Assembly: GCA_964016885.1 (NCBI GenBank)
Contig: OZ024743.1
Span: 13,330,001 to 13,394,000, forward strand
DNA from: Eledone cirrhosa
Taxonomy: Eukaryota
Length of the DNA stretch: 64,000 bases
Direction of reading: 5' to 3'
This document shows positions 26,103 to 41,559 of this stretch, piece by piece. Below the pieces are notes generated by a model. It was not told the origin of the DNA. It searched no databases and saw only the letters and a program-made list of their open reading frames with translations. Position numbers and translations under genes: made by a program. Every line of letters starts with the position of its first letter. The first letter of the stretch is position 1.

Positions 26103-26667
26103 AAACGTAATAAAACAATGGAGAAAGTAACAAAGAGATGGTGAATGTCATTAAAAGAAGGGAAGAAACAATAGAGGAAGACAATTACGAAGGAAGGATA
26201 GAACTAACGGACCAATCAAGCAGTAGGGATACTATGATTGTTATGTTCTGTTATTATAAAATCTAAGGCCTTCTAGTATAAGTCTTCTGAAAGACCTGTG
26301 ACAATATGGTAATTATGTCTTCTCGGTTGTTTGTTTATTTTTCAGTAGTAGTACCTAATATCTAATTATTTAATATGCAAAAGTAGCATTTAAGACATCA
26401 AATAATGATCACTGGCATACTTAGCTACTCCTTGTAGTAGATTACCCATATAGTGGGTGACTCAGATTGTTTATATTGTTGTACGCAAGGTGAAGCTTAA
26501 TTAAACATACTAGCAATATTATACATATAATTAGTGTTACTGTCATCACCATTAATGCAAGTACGCCGAAGTCTATACTTTGTTGGGGAGGTCGAATAAA
26601 ACCGTAAAATGTCAAGGATTTTTATCGCGCACTGGAAGAAACAATAAAAATAGTATTCATTATTAAG

Positions 26668-26857
26668 GTGGATTGGCAGTATCGTTAGAGAGTCGGATAC
26701 CATGCTTTCACGCATAGAGTTACGACCCTTTCCATTCCGAGTTCGAATCCCGCCGAGGTTAACTTTGCCTTTCATCCTCACGGGGTCGATAAAATAAAGT
26801 ACCAGTAATGTACTGATAATTGCTGGCCTTGTGCCAAATGAAGAAACAATTATTAAG
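26668..26857 (+). mobile_element. tRNA-derived SINE, full-length copy with TSD
   Basis: Head GGTGGATTGGCAGTATCG (A box) and GAGTTCGAATCCC (B box). Core GCCTTTCATCCT-ACGGGGTCGATAAAATAAAGTACCAG (Meta-SINE-like). ATTATTAAG duplicated at both ends. Confidence 0.85.
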
Positions 26858-27828
26858 CGGAACTGAAAGCCATGTTTTTAGGCCGTAAGTATTTCTAATT
26901 GAATTTTCAATGTTCATTAAATGTATAGTAAACCTTATGATTACAAATGGGAAAAACTTACACAATACTTAAACAGACCTGCTAACCTCTAAATACCCAA
27001 ACATGATAAAAAGTGCCCCCAAACGGAGAGAAACGAGGCAAAATAGGGAGATTTGACATAATTAAAGTTATATCCATTTTCACAAGAGAAGACACCCAAA
27101 GTGGGTGTGAGATCTTCCCGTTGCACAGGGAGAGTTGACAGGTCTGCATAAAGTAGTGTATATTTTATCTGAGGTTGTGTTTTAAATCGTATTTCTGAGT
27201 AGTAGATTTCCGATAGTTTTAACGAGTGAAGCATGGTAGCAGCATACACACAAAAAAAGTACTCGCATAACCAGCGAAAATTGATTAATCAACAGAACAT
27301 CATGATTTGAAGTCATAGCTGAAAATAAATTAAAAAATACATTACACGATAATCGTTTCTTTGCCATGCAACGGTAAAGTCATATTCCTGTGAATAGCAA
27401 TTCGATTTGAGTGCGAAAGCACGTTATGCTTTCAGGATTTTATTACTAGGAAGAGAAGCTGTACTTGATACTATTTCAGAGTTGATTAATTAATGATTTT
27501 ATGAAATATATGAACATATTTCTGGGTGAGGTAATCCTCTGTATACCCAATACAGTGTTTAACAAGCTCTTAGATAAAAATCGTTCAAGAAATAGCGAGA
27601 ATTCACGAATGTTGGAATGGAATAATATAGTCTCCAAACGACAAGGACAGTAGCTTCTAGATATGGGGAGACGTGTTATGTAATGTTGAAATTTATCTGG
27701 TAATTACTGATACTATCATCCTTTAAACTCTAGATATTTCTCAATAGTAAAGTTCAATAGTAAAGTGTTAAGGTACTTGAGTGTACACAGACACAAACAC
27801 ACACCGAGACAGACAGACACGCACGCAC

Positions 27829-27934
<106 letters not shown>

Positions 27935-27939
27935 ACCAC

Positions 27940-27998
<59 letters not shown>

Positions 27999-28236
27999 TA
28001 CACACATACACACACACACGCACACACATATATACATATATATATGAACTGCTTGTTCAGAACATCTACATAACGTCTCTGAACGTTGAAAAAGTAATAT
28101 ATATCTTGAATTGACTTTCTGTATACTTGTAAATGTAACGCATACTTCAGATGATTAGTGCACACCTTAATAAATATTAAGGAAATCATCAGTGTGTATA
28201 TACATTCGAATGTATATATACATACTGATGATTTCC

Positions 28237-28277
<41 letters not shown>

Positions 28278-28357
28278 ATGCTTTGGGAGGGTCATGTTGC
28301 CAATAAGAAAAACACGTTTTCAGATAAAGAATCTTGCTAAACAAATTCAGAAACGAA

Positions 28358-28439
<82 letters not shown>

Positions 28440-28471
28440 AATTCTATAATATTTTCGTTTTATCTTTTCAG

Positions 28472-28726
28472 GAGAATATGCGCATCGTAGATCATACATT
28501 AGCAACACAGTTACTGACACTTCGTAATGAAATACACAAGCTGAAGCTAGAACGTAGCTGCGAAAATCATCAAGAACTTCTAGAGGACGTCAAAGAAGAA
28601 TTGAGTGAACGGGAGACCTTACTAGCTGTATGCGATATACCCTACGACATGGATGACGAAAATCCACTGAGGCAAATTGGCCTCACACGAATGAACATCA
28701 GCAGTCGCAGATTCTCAACCTGCTGA
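28472..28726 (+). CDS. FAM167A: FAM167-family protein, last coding exon
   Basis: Acceptor TTTTATCTTTTCAG|GAG, phase 0. Encodes ENMRIVDHTLATQLLTLRNEIHKLKLERSC...PLRQIGLTRMNISSRRFSTC*, the FAM167 C-terminus (cf. EMRLQDQQLARQL...IGVTKMNINSRRFSLC). Joins the upstream exon in frame as KSEL|ENMR. Confidence 0.92.
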   Translation, partial: ENMRIVDHTLATQLLTLRNEIHKLKLERSCENHQELLEDVKEELSERETLLAVCDIPYDMDDENPLRQIGLTRMNISSRRFSTC

Positions 28727-28857
28727 GAATGACAATGATTTGTAAGGGGTTATTCAGGGAAGAGTGTAGTAAAGTAAAAGAGAGGTTTATCTAAATTTGT
28801 TTCAGACTAAATGTAAAAAAATATGAAATATATGCTTACCCCCCCCCCCCCCTATAT

Positions 28858-29320
28858 ATATTAGGAAAATAAGAAAAAAGTAGAAAATACTAATGGGATT
28901 TTCTCATAGAATAACAACAAACATGTTTTTAAAAGTAATTTACCGTACTGGTTTCAGCCGATAGTTGTTTCGCCTTGTAGTTAATAACCAATCAGACAAT
29001 AAAAGGGAACAAACCAACTTCTATTCCAGCTACTTCCACCACCAATCCACCAAGGAAGAGAGAGAGAGAGAGTGAGAAAGAGATAAACGAAAATGTGAAC
29101 TTTTATATATATATATATATATATGTAAAGTATGATCTCTAATACCCTCTTCTAATTATTATACACCTTAATTTATCATATTTCCTGTAGTATGAAGAAG
29201 CCGAAACAACTATCGGCTGAAACCGGTACGATAAATGACTTTTTAAAAAATGTTTTGCTGTTATTCTATGAGAAAATCCAATTAACATTTTCTACTTTTT
29301 TTCTTACTTTCCTAATATAC
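28858..29320. repeat. Inverted repeat (about 125-bp arms) just 3' of the FAM167 stop, with a decayed hammerhead
   Basis: 28858-28977 is the diverged reverse complement of 29197-29320. The right arm has ATGAAGA-AGCCGA-loop-TCGGCT-GAA-ACCGGT-A. Confidence 0.75.
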
Positions 29321-29352
29321 ATCAACTCGTGTGTACCTCCTCAACATTCTCC

Positions 29353-30944
<1,592 letters not shown>

Positions 30945-31642
30945 ATATATATATATATATATTTACATATATATATATAAATTAAAATGTTAGAAATCTT
31001 ACGAATTTTACAGAAAATCATGTTAGATGGGAAAATAATAATACGGAATCGATGATGCAACCAATTACTTTTTTGTATGTACATACAAATTTACTGAACA
31101 CAACGACAAGAAATTAAACCATACGGAATGTATATATCTTAAAACAGTGTTGCAGAAACAATCCCAGTTATCTCATTTGTTTTTGTACATTGCTTTCATT
31201 TTCACAGATTGAGTAAAATTATATACAAAATTTGTGCTGGTGTTAAATATTTTTTCCGAGGTGTGAAAAAATATAAAACGTCAGCAAAATTGTAATTTGA
31301 AAGTCAAATGTTGAAAAGCAACGCATAGCTGAAACTGCTGTACAAAAACATACAATAAACTTGATGTTATGGGCAACCCACCTTTATTAAAACTGTAACT
31401 TATTTTGTATGAACTGAGGTCCATGTGTTCTGTAAATTTGCATACGTAAAATCTCTATTATTATTTTACCTATATATATATATATATATATAGTGCTCTC
31501 TCTAATAATGTGTGGTGTACCTCATTTAACTACAAGTTTTACGTTCCTCTTCGGAAAAGCACGCGTACACATGTATGTGTGTGTGCGTGTGTGCGTTCGT
31601 CATATATATCAGACATATATACATATACATATATATATACAC

Positions 31643-31701
<59 letters not shown>

Positions 31702-31889
31702 TATATGATGGATATAACCAAAATGCAGAATATATTGTAAATACTATAAAAAGTATATAAAATGTATAAATATACATATGCTATTAACTTATTCTACTTT
31801 ACAGTTTGTAAGAATCAGAAAGTTAATACCTTAAGTTGTTCATTCCATATAAGTGTAGTAAATGTCAGATGAACTTCATGTGGTGGAGA

Positions 31890-32420
31890 TGGCGTTATAA
31901 ATGCTTCCCTTTCTTCGAAGCCTGAAATTTCTTAGACACTATTGTGACTAGTGAAGGTGTATCATTAATGCCATCTACATGTTTAAATGCTGCAACTTGA
32001 TTTATAGGTATTGTCTTAAAGTCGATTTTCAATTGGTTATATTGTTGATACTGCTTCCAGATATTGAAACTCTTTGAACCTGTGAAACTTTGATAGTATT
32101 GCTGAATGTACATTTCTGTTGAAAGATAACGTAAGAAATAATGTTATCAGGATTTTGCCGTCTTCATCGTCACCAGTTCTGCTCTCACCAATGTGTATTT
32201 CATCCGCTATTTCTTCTGCGATCACATACTATACAGGGTGTCTGTGCCTTCCAATCAAGATGTGACGACACTTCCTCTGACATTCTTTGACATCTATCTG
32301 AATTATACGAAGATAATATCTTGCTTCTAATCCTTAATCATCGTATTCTAACTCCAAATTGTGCAGACGCATTTTGCTAAGCATTGATTAAACTGATAGT
32401 CTTCAGTAGTTCCCACGAAG
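31890..32420 (-). mobile_element. Possible Helitron Pif1-helicase relic
   Basis: LHNLELE...VIAEEIADEIHIGES loosely resembles the HxLxLK...IxAxIxxGxxxGE segment. Very decayed. Confidence 0.33.
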
Positions 32421-35301
32421 CTGTTGCATTGAATATTGCATATTCTAGGTTGGAAATCCCGATTTCAGTTATTGTCCTTTATCCACACTTGTCTTCCCTA
32501 TGATTACTCTCTTCTATCCTTACATTAAATTTGTCAGCATATGTTATTTAATATATAAATTTTCACGCCGTAAGTATAACTAAATCCAGTAGCTGACTAA
32601 ATCCAGTATTTAACGGTCCTTACTGAAAAGTTCATAACCACTTTATACACTGTTCAAAATTATTAAACGCATTCACATTAGTGACAGAATGTTTGAGGGC
32701 AACATCCTTATTTTACGCAACACAGGAACGAAAAGTAAGAGAATTAAAAATATGCATGCTGATAAACGATTTCCCTTAATGGAAACTGTACATTGTTCCT
32801 TTGCAAACTCATCCAACTTGCTGGCATCCCAACACTACCCCCCTCCCCCAGTACAACTTCCACCACCACAATGAGTAAATATTTCTATTTAAAGAAGCGG
32901 CGATTAGTTTAACATAATACTTTGAAATTAACTTAAATATATCTCCATTAAGGGAAACGCCAGTCAATAAATTAAGTTGAGATGAAGGAAAATTCTGAGG
33001 GCCTGCATCCTCTAAAAAAACACTTGATCGATTCGTGTATCATAGGAGAACGTCTATGTTCGGTTCAGGACAGGTAAATGTCAATGCTTGGTTTATCTCC
33101 CTCTTACATTACTAAAAAAGAAAAAATGAAAAGATGTATAGATTATTCCAAACTGGTTTAATTTAACTCTTCCTACAGCACACGAACAAATTCCATTTAC
33201 ATATTTTTGTAAGCGTAGTATTTAATTTGCACTTATTTTCCATATACTTTAAGCACGCTCTCTTCAAGAAACCTTACTATACTTAGAGGAGCAGATATTA
33301 CACGTTTTCTATTCAGTAACTACGAATAACATTCTTAAAGCATTAACATCTCAGATTTGTCCATTAAATGTAGCATCAATAACAGTGGTTCAGTAAGTTG
33401 CAGTCCTATTTTAAAGTTATTTTAAAGTGATGATATAGGCCCAAATACACAATGTGAATACAAAGTGTTTGGTTGTGTCAATGAATGACATGAATTTCAT
33501 TAAACAACGAAACCATACGTTTGTCTACTTGAGTCTAGGATTATATTATAAAAGACTAATTTAAGTTAAATAAAAAACAGAATACAAAAACAAGCAACCA
33601 TATACAGCTTTATATTTTAATGAGTTAGTCAGAGGACCCATTTCAGAGCATTGTAGATTGCTGGCAACATTGTAATCTGCTACTGGAATAGCAACAAAAT
33701 AAAACCAAAACTAATAAACAGAAAGAGACAAAAACAATATTCCTTTTAGTTCCATGAGTACAGATTACAAATCTAGATATGTTTTTGTCTCATTATCACT
33801 TCATCGGTGTAGCACATTTGCTGAAGAACTAATGTGAAATAACTATATAAATGTTCAATGAGGTACAATGATTGGCGTAACATTGTTTGGAGAATGAATT
33901 ATTCCTTACAACGATATAACTTTAGCTCTCAACTATCGAGTTTATCGTGCCGCAGAGTACCTGCAATATTGTTAACAAGAGAAAGAAATATGATTTGTTA
34001 CATGTTATCATACAACCTATTGATTCGAACATCTGTTATCGACCGTATGTGATTAATCGAAAAATATCATAAGAGAAAGCCATACGTTATACATACTACT
34101 AACTAGAAATTTAGGGAAACCAAACTATAGTCAACTACCTAATACTTATTACATGATCTGATTGAGAGTAGAAGTTATTATAGTAGTGGCAATATTTCCA
34201 AATATAATTCTATCAATAGCAGCAGTTTATAAAAAAGAAGCAATTCACCATTATCAAAAATGTACAGCATGCACTGTTAATATACTGTTGCAGATATAAG
34301 TGGTTTCCATTTATTGTATTTTATCATTCTATTACTGATTGAAAGAAGTGCATAGACAGAAAATTAATAGTCACTTTCATTTGGAGCATCACGCACGTGG
34401 ATTATTATTGTACACCTTTTAGCATTCTGATATCCTCGTGATTAGTCGAAAAGAAATAAATAATATCTGATAAGAGCCTTAACTGCAGTGAATTATAATA
34501 TAACACGGGATGTTTTAAGGCCAGCTGAGCAGAATATGAAATTTGAATATAAGTGTAAAAATGTAATAGCTTGCTTGACTTCAATTTACAGATTAGCAAT
34601 ATCGGGAAAAGTTCTGTCGTAATGTGTCAGAAAAAGTAAATTCATTGTTCATTGCTTTGTAAAACCAAACTTTGCCCTTCCATTTCGAATGACTTTTCCT
34701 GCTGTCGAAAGGAATTAATAAGCTATTACCGCAATGGTATGTAGCTCGTTTGTATCATGTCTGAACAGCAAAGAGAAAGTCGTAATCTTCATATTAACGT
34801 ACCCATGTTAGTATAGAAAAATCTTATTTTTGAAATGGAACGTGGACAGTTTTCACTTTAATCAAATGGAAATATTCGACATCACCTGATAAAATACCGT
34901 GATGTTGAGAAGAATGTCAAGAGTTCGTAGGAAAACTGCAATTCAGATTTCTTTAGCAAATGTGTTCTTAATTTCGTCTCTTAATCTCACAAACGAATAT
35001 CTTTGTGACGAGATGCTGTTCCTCAACACTTAATATTTCATAATAACAGTAAAAGCCTTATTTCAAGGAACAACAGTAACCTTAATACTAGTGTCACGAG
35101 ACGACGGACGCAGTAACTAAAAGAAAAAAAAAAAAAAAAAGAAAGACACCGTAACGGATAAAAAGAACGTTTGCGTTACGATGTCGCTCAATCTGCTGAA
35201 AATAGTGGCGGAATTTCCCTCTAAGTATTACCAACTGTCTGAAAGTAAACTAATACATTTACAGATGCTTATAAATCCGCGAAGGCCGTTTATTATTATT
35301 T

Positions 35302-35393
35302 GTTTGCCTTTCATCCTTACGGGGTCGATAAAATAAAGTACCAGTAATGCACTGGGATTTGCTGGCCTTGTGCCTAAAGTAGAAACAATTATT
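35302..35393 (+). mobile_element. 5'-truncated tRNA-SINE
   Basis: Core and tail only. Confidence 0.8.
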
Positions 35394-36129
35394 GGTTTAC
35401 TTAATCTAAGCTAGACAAAACAATGGGATAACGAATAATCTGCAAGAAAGAGCAGTCAAATCTATATCAAAACTTATTTTTGAAAAAAAAAAAACATGAA
35501 AAGAGGGTTAATGCTGGATGATGTAGAATTTAATCCTCATATAATTTTTGAATTCAGCTGAGCTTAGAAAATAATACCAATATGAGCAATAACCAACAAA
35601 TAATATTTTACAAATTAAGTGCAAAAACAAAAATAGTTAACGCTGTCAGACACCTCAATTATAACAAGATAAAATATCATGATAGCCATCAGCAACAATA
35701 TTTTCAGTATAAAATCAAACAAATATAATTAATTCAACTACATTTATAATAATATTTTACTTGTATAGGCAATATATGTATGCTAGACCACCCGGGTCAC
35801 GTTCGCTTAAAAATATTCTAAAAAAAATCATGTTCACTTAAAAATAATTTTTAAATAATTAAAACACACATAGATATGTATGTACTGTAAAATGAAATTG
35901 GAAGGCCCAATATATATGTATGTGAGTGTGTATTTATATATATTCAAAATAAACAAATACCACCACCACATATTTTAAACTCCTGTCAAATAATTCAACA
36001 AAAGCACACCACCCCTAAAAAGATCTCCCCCACTCCCCAGGGATTCAGGTGTGGGGGAGGGGGCGGAGAACTTTGTCGTTCTCCTCCACAGAAGATGAAA
36101 ACGTGGTTTCAAAGTATAAAAATATTGCA

Positions 36130-37420
36130 GTGGAATATAGAGAGGGGGCGAGAGAATTTGTTGGTCTAGTGAGAGAGGGGGAAATGTGAGAGAGAGAGAG
36201 AGAGGTATGTAGTGGAATTGAGGCAGAGATAATTTGGTGGTCTAGTAAGAGATAGAGGTTTGTGAGCGAGAGTGAGGTATGTAGTGGCATACAGAGAGCG
36301 GAAGAGTATTCATTGGTTTAGTGAGAGAGGGAGAATTAAGAGAGAGGGAGATATGTAGTAGGATGGAGAGAGAGTGAGAGACTTTGTTAGTGAGAGAGGA
36401 GAAATTAAGAGTGAGAGAGAGAGAGGCTGAGGTATGTAGTGGTATATAGAGATGGGGAGAGAAGTTGTAGGTCTAGTGAGTGAGGTTGAATTGTGAGAGT
36501 GAGTGAGGTATGTAGAGATATATAGCGAGGGGACGATTGATTGGTGGTCTAGTGAGAGAGTGAGGTATGTTGTGGTATAGAGTGAGGTGGAGAGAGTTTG
36601 TTAGTTTTGTGAGAGAGGGGTAATTGTGTGAGAGAATGAGGCATGTAATGAGATATAGAGAGGGGGGAAAGAATTTGGTGTTCTAGTGAAAGAGGGGGAA
36701 TTGTGAGAGTGAGTGAGGTATGTAGTGGGTTATAGAGAGAAGGAGAAAGTCGATTGGCCTGCTGGGAGAGGGGGACTTAAGAGAGTGAAATAGAGTGAGT
36801 TATGGCGTGGAATATAGAGAGAGGGAGAACATGTGGTGATCTAGTGAGAGAGGGAGAATTGTGAGAGAGAGAGAGTAAGATATATAGTGGTATAGAGTGA
36901 GGGGGAGAGATTTTGTTGCTTTAGTGAGAGAGGGGGAACTGAGAGATAGAGTGAGGTATGTAGTGAGATATAGAGAGGGGGAGTAAATTTAGAAGTCTAG
37001 TGAGAGAGGGGAAATGAAAAGAGTGAGAGAGAGAGTGAGCATGTAGTAGTATATAGAGAGGGGAAGATTGATTGGTGGTCTAGTGAGTGAGGGGGGAATT
37101 GTGAGAGTGTGGTATAGAGTGGTATAGAGTGAGGGGGAGAGAATTTTGTGGTCTAGTGAGAGAGAGAGTGAGGCATGTAGCAGGATATATAGAGGGGCAG
37201 AGAGTTTGGTAGTATAGTGAGATAGTGGGAATTACAAGAGTAATAGAGAGTGAGGTACGTACTGGTATATCAAGGAGAGAGAATTTGGTCATCTAGTGTG
37301 AGAGGGGGGATTGTGAGTTAGTGGGGTATGATGTAGGATATAGGGAGAGGGAGAATGTTAGTCTAGTGAGAGAGTGAGGCATGTAGCGGTATGTAGAGAG
37401 GGTAATATCTTTTAGAGAGA
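36130..37420 (-). repeat. Related minisatellite, opposite strand
   Basis: Repeated GAGGTATGTAGTGGTATATAGAGAGGGGGAGAGAATTTGGTGGTCTAGTGAGAGAGGG. Confidence 0.82.
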
Positions 37421-37974
37421 GTGACAAAATTATTGTAAGAGGAAAGAAAAATGTTTTAATAATGGGTTTCACGGTAAGGTGGCTGTGTATATGAGTATCC
37501 GTGTTTATATGTGTATGTGTGTTTGTGTATATGCGTGTGTGTGCGTGTTGGTATGTTTCTATATATATATATATGTGCGTTTGTTTATATGTATGTGCGT
37601 GTGCTTATATGTATGCGTATGTGTGTGTTTATATATATATGTGGTGGGTGTATATATATATGTATATATATGAGTGTGTGTATATATATATATACACACA
37701 CTATATATATATGTGTGTATTTGTGTTTATATATATGTGCGTGTGTATTGATTTATACATATGTTGGTGTTTATATATATGTGCCTTTGTGTTTATTTAT
37801 ATAAATGTGTGTGTGTTTGTTTATATATTTTGTGTGAGTTTGTGTGTTTTATATGTCAGTATGTGTGTATATGCCTGCATACTTGTATATGTGTGTGAGT
37901 GTGCGGGTGTATATATGTGCGTGCGCGTGTGTTTGTATATATATAAGTGTGTTTGTGTTTGAATTTGTCTTTAT

Positions 37975-38365
37975 ATATATATCCAAGTCTCAGACCCATA
38001 CAGCAGCACAGACTGCACTACAGCAATGAAGCGGCGGATTTTCAGGTCTTTACGAAGGTCCGACTTCCACACCGATCTCAAGCTGTGGCACGCCGCCCAG
38101 GCTTTGCTCTTCCTCTCAACCACATCATCTTCCGTATTCCCAATCTTTGCTCCCAAATACAGGAAGTCCTCAACCAATTTTAGTGGCTTCCCGCCTTTAG
38201 TGATCCCCTCTGGCTTCTCAACATTCTCTACCATATTTTTGTTTTAGTCTCATTCATTCTCAGCCCCACACTCATCGACACAGTCTCAACCTCCTGCATC
38301 AAATCCTCTGCCTCCTTCACTGTATTTGTCACCAAAACTGTCGTCGGCAAATTCAGCATCCGATA
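37975..38365 (-). mobile_element. RTE-clade LINE RT fragment
   Basis: FADDS...; VEDFLYLG...KAWAACHSL..VWKS.L...LKIR.F.AVVQSVLLYGSETW. Confidence 0.82.
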
Positions 38366-39189
38366 TCAAGAGCTACTGCAAACAGTTACAACGACAACAG
38401 CAAAAACGGCAACAACAGCAAAAACACAGACCAGCGCCGTGTACATAGGCCGTAGCAGTGACAGGACCACCCCGCAGACAATAATAACGATAACTGCTAC
38501 ACCATTAAACGGAACTGTGAGGTAGGTTGATACACAGACTTGATGGCATCTATCACCAAAACCATAACAACAACAACAATAGTAACGGTAACAAACATTA
38601 ACACCGCTCATCACCCACCCCAGCCGTCGTAGTAGTGGTAGTATTATTGATATTAGTATCAAGTCAATGCAAGTGAGTACCCATTACCCGAGAGCCAGAA
38701 CAGCGGTAACACCAACAACGATAATAACAACACCAGTGATGAGACCACCACGGTGACGGCGGCAACAAAAAAAGGCCGCGCTTCCATCCTAAAGCACAAG
38801 GCCAGTAGTAAATACAGCGCAGAAAAAATAAACTAACCACAATAGCAGTCAGTTGAAACTAGGAAGCGGAAATAGGGACAGAAATACAGATAGATATATA
38901 TAAATTCATGCATAGTTAATACAGTCCTCCATATCACTCTAAGGCACAAGGCTAGCAATAATTACAGTGCCGAAAAAAACACCTAACCACTATAGTAGTC
39001 AGTTGTAATTACAATGGCATCGATACTATTAAAAGGGGTGCTAGTCTATGGAAGAGATCTACGGGAAGCGAAAGTTCTCATAACAACAACAAATGCATGA
39101 GGACTTCTCGATTGCATGGAGGACCGTGGAAATAATTATAATGATTAAACGATCTATGTAACCTCAGCATCTTATTTTGTTATATATAT

Positions 39190-40330
39190 ATTATATTATC
39201 TTTTTGCGTTTGATTGCCGCCACGTCTTTACAGAAGAGAGCCATCTCTCCAGATTCAGCCCGAACGGTCCGCGAATACCCCGCAAACCTGCCTCTTTCCT
39301 GCGCACATATGTACAGATCTCTCACCCATAAAACGTTTGAGTAGTCTGGAATGTAAATTACTTCTTATGCACACTCATGTGCTGCGTGATTGTAGCGGCA
39401 GACGTACAAAGCTTGTCACAAAAGTTACCCAACAGATTGCTTTTAACAACACCCTTCATACGTTTCTTGAATTTGTGTATGGGGCATTTACCAAGAGTTT
39501 GCTCTCCATAGAAAATCTGCTTAGGCAACCTCACATCCATCTTAAATGCGCTGCTCAACGCAGTTGGTTTCAAATTAGCATTTTTCAATGTTGAATGCAT
39601 TGACCCGCTGCAGAACAACGGTTTCACATGTAAACTAGCAATTTATGTTCAAGATTCGCCTTAGGCATTTTGGGGGAAATCTTTCTAATATCTTGATATG
39701 ATGCCGGTATGTTGTCTCAGAAGAGAACAAGTGAGTAGTCAGGACACAGGATTGGTAGACACTTATCTTAGTGCTAACCGGGATATCTCTGTCGGACATG
39801 ACTGGTCACTCCAACCTACCGAGTATTTTGCTGGCTTTGTTAATCCCTAGATTGATTTCAAAGTACAGTGAACCACCCCTGGACAGAGCACAAAATCTTT
39901 GGTAAGGTCAACAAAAGCCTGGTACAAAATCACACATATTCTTGACATTCCTCCTGCAGCTGATGAGATGGGATAATCAAGTCCATTGTGCCATTACCCG
40001 ACATAAAATCCCACTGTCTCCGGAATCTCTCGTGAGCAGATCTACTTGGTAAGCATATTAAATAGAGGTTTTGCAAACACTTTAGCCATTGATTGAAGGA
40101 GGCGTATTCCTCGATAGTCGCCAGTCACCACGTTTGACCCCTTTTCCTTGAATAAGGAAACAAGGATAAGCTTAATCCAGTCTTCAGGGTCAAATATCAG
40201 AAATCAAAGAAATCAAATGGTATATATCCACAGCAATTTGATCACGCCATGAAGCAAAAGCCCCATAGGAATACCCTCAATATCCAGCGCCTTCCCAGTG
40301 CCTTCCCAGTACTAATCTCACGACAGTCAT
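39190..40330 (-). mobile_element. RTE/BovB-like LINE fragment, degraded
   Basis: DYRGI-LL, GTMDLII-QLQEEC, AFVDLTK, RLPKQIFYGE and a C-terminal C2H2-like remnant. Confidence 0.72.
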
Positions 40331-40373
40331 TTGGATGTGAATGTGCACACACACACACACATATATATATATT

Positions 40374-40532
40374 AATTCGTCTGCTTACATTTTGTACAAA
40401 GACACATATTCCACTTATCATATGCACATACCGTTTGATGATATATATATATATGTATACATCATCAAAAGGTATGTGCATATGATAATAAGTGGAATAT
40501 ATGAATTTGTACAAAATGTAAGGAGACGAATT
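40374..40532. repeat. Inverted repeat, about 70-bp arms around a (TA)n spacer
   Basis: AATTCGTCTGCTTACATTTTGTACAAA...CATACCGTTTGATGA versus TCATCAAAAGGTATG...TTTGTACAAAATGTAAGGAGACGAATT. Confidence 0.75.
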
Positions 40533-41039
40533 TTCCCTTTCACATTCTCCTTAATTCTATTATGTTTATTAAATCGCATTTCATCCATTTTTACTCTTGA
40601 CAAATTACATATTTCCCATTTCAATGTATTTTGGAAGTACATTGCCATGAATTGCAATATAAATATTATTAAAACAAGGAAAACAAATGCAACATTTAAA
40701 GTGTTTTTAGCATTTGAAAAAATAATACGTCTTTAATAAAATTAAAAAAAAACTCAATCCAAATAGAGAAAAATTACATGTAAGAGCATGGAAGAAGTGA
40801 GGGAAAAATTAACAAATTTTAAGATAATATGTATCACAAATATTTTCTTGCTGCGAGCCATAGCAAAATAGTTTGCGAGCTGCAATCGGCCCGCAGGCCG
40901 TGAGAACCCTGAACCAAATCGTCCCCATATCACACCATAATGCCATAAAAATAAAGCTATTGTGGATAATATAATTCAGAAAATACAATGCCTGAAAGAA
41001 AGGAGGTGGGTTTGCTATGTTTTGAATGTCTTTGATATG

Positions 41040-41460
41040 ACGAGGAAAGGAACAAGGATACCTCAGTCCAGTCTTCAGGAAGAGGAGAACATGATCAAAT
41101 ATCAGAAATAAAAGGAATCAAATGGTACATATCCACAGCAAAAATATGGATAAAGTCCTGTGCTGGAACTTGGCAGGGGGATACGTATGTTCAAGCATAG
41201 GTATAGGCATCTGGTTAAGGAATTCACATCACACTCTTGGCTTCAAATTCCATTATGATAAAGCGAGCATCTTTGGATAAAGGTCGTCTTCCATGTATTC
41301 TGGTCGAACCAAGTCTTATAAATGTAATTACGTGGCAGACATTCTGTCACAAGGTTGGAATCTATTTTTTTGCAATCGTTCAGATCAGGCCTTCCTCATT
41401 TTCTCTAACCATTTCGGAGGCATTGAAAAAGAGTAATTGGCGTTGACCTTCCTTCGCTGA
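41040..41460 (-). mobile_element. RTE LINE fragment overlapping in sequence with 40165-40240
   Basis: 41050-41140 is a diverged duplicate of 40155-40240 (CCAGTCTTCAGG...TCAAATATCAGAAAT..AAGGAATCAAATGGTA..TATCCACAGCAA). Confidence 0.55.
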
Positions 41461-41559
41461 AAAAACACGAAAAAATGTGGAGTAAAGAAAACAGTACTAA
41501 GTAAACAATGCAACAGACTACAGTTTCTAACCCCATCCTCCTGAAACACATTGACAGAT

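Noticed and set aside
26668-26760. tRNA-like A/B boxes
   Set aside because: SINE head; no full cloverleaf, and followed by the SINE core.
29192-29235. Active sense-strand hammerhead near the FAM167 stop
   Set aside because: C3 is replaced by A and stem I cannot form, so it is treated as an inactive relic.
34400-35000. hAT transposase relic
   Set aside because: Only vague resemblance; no motif could be read with confidence.
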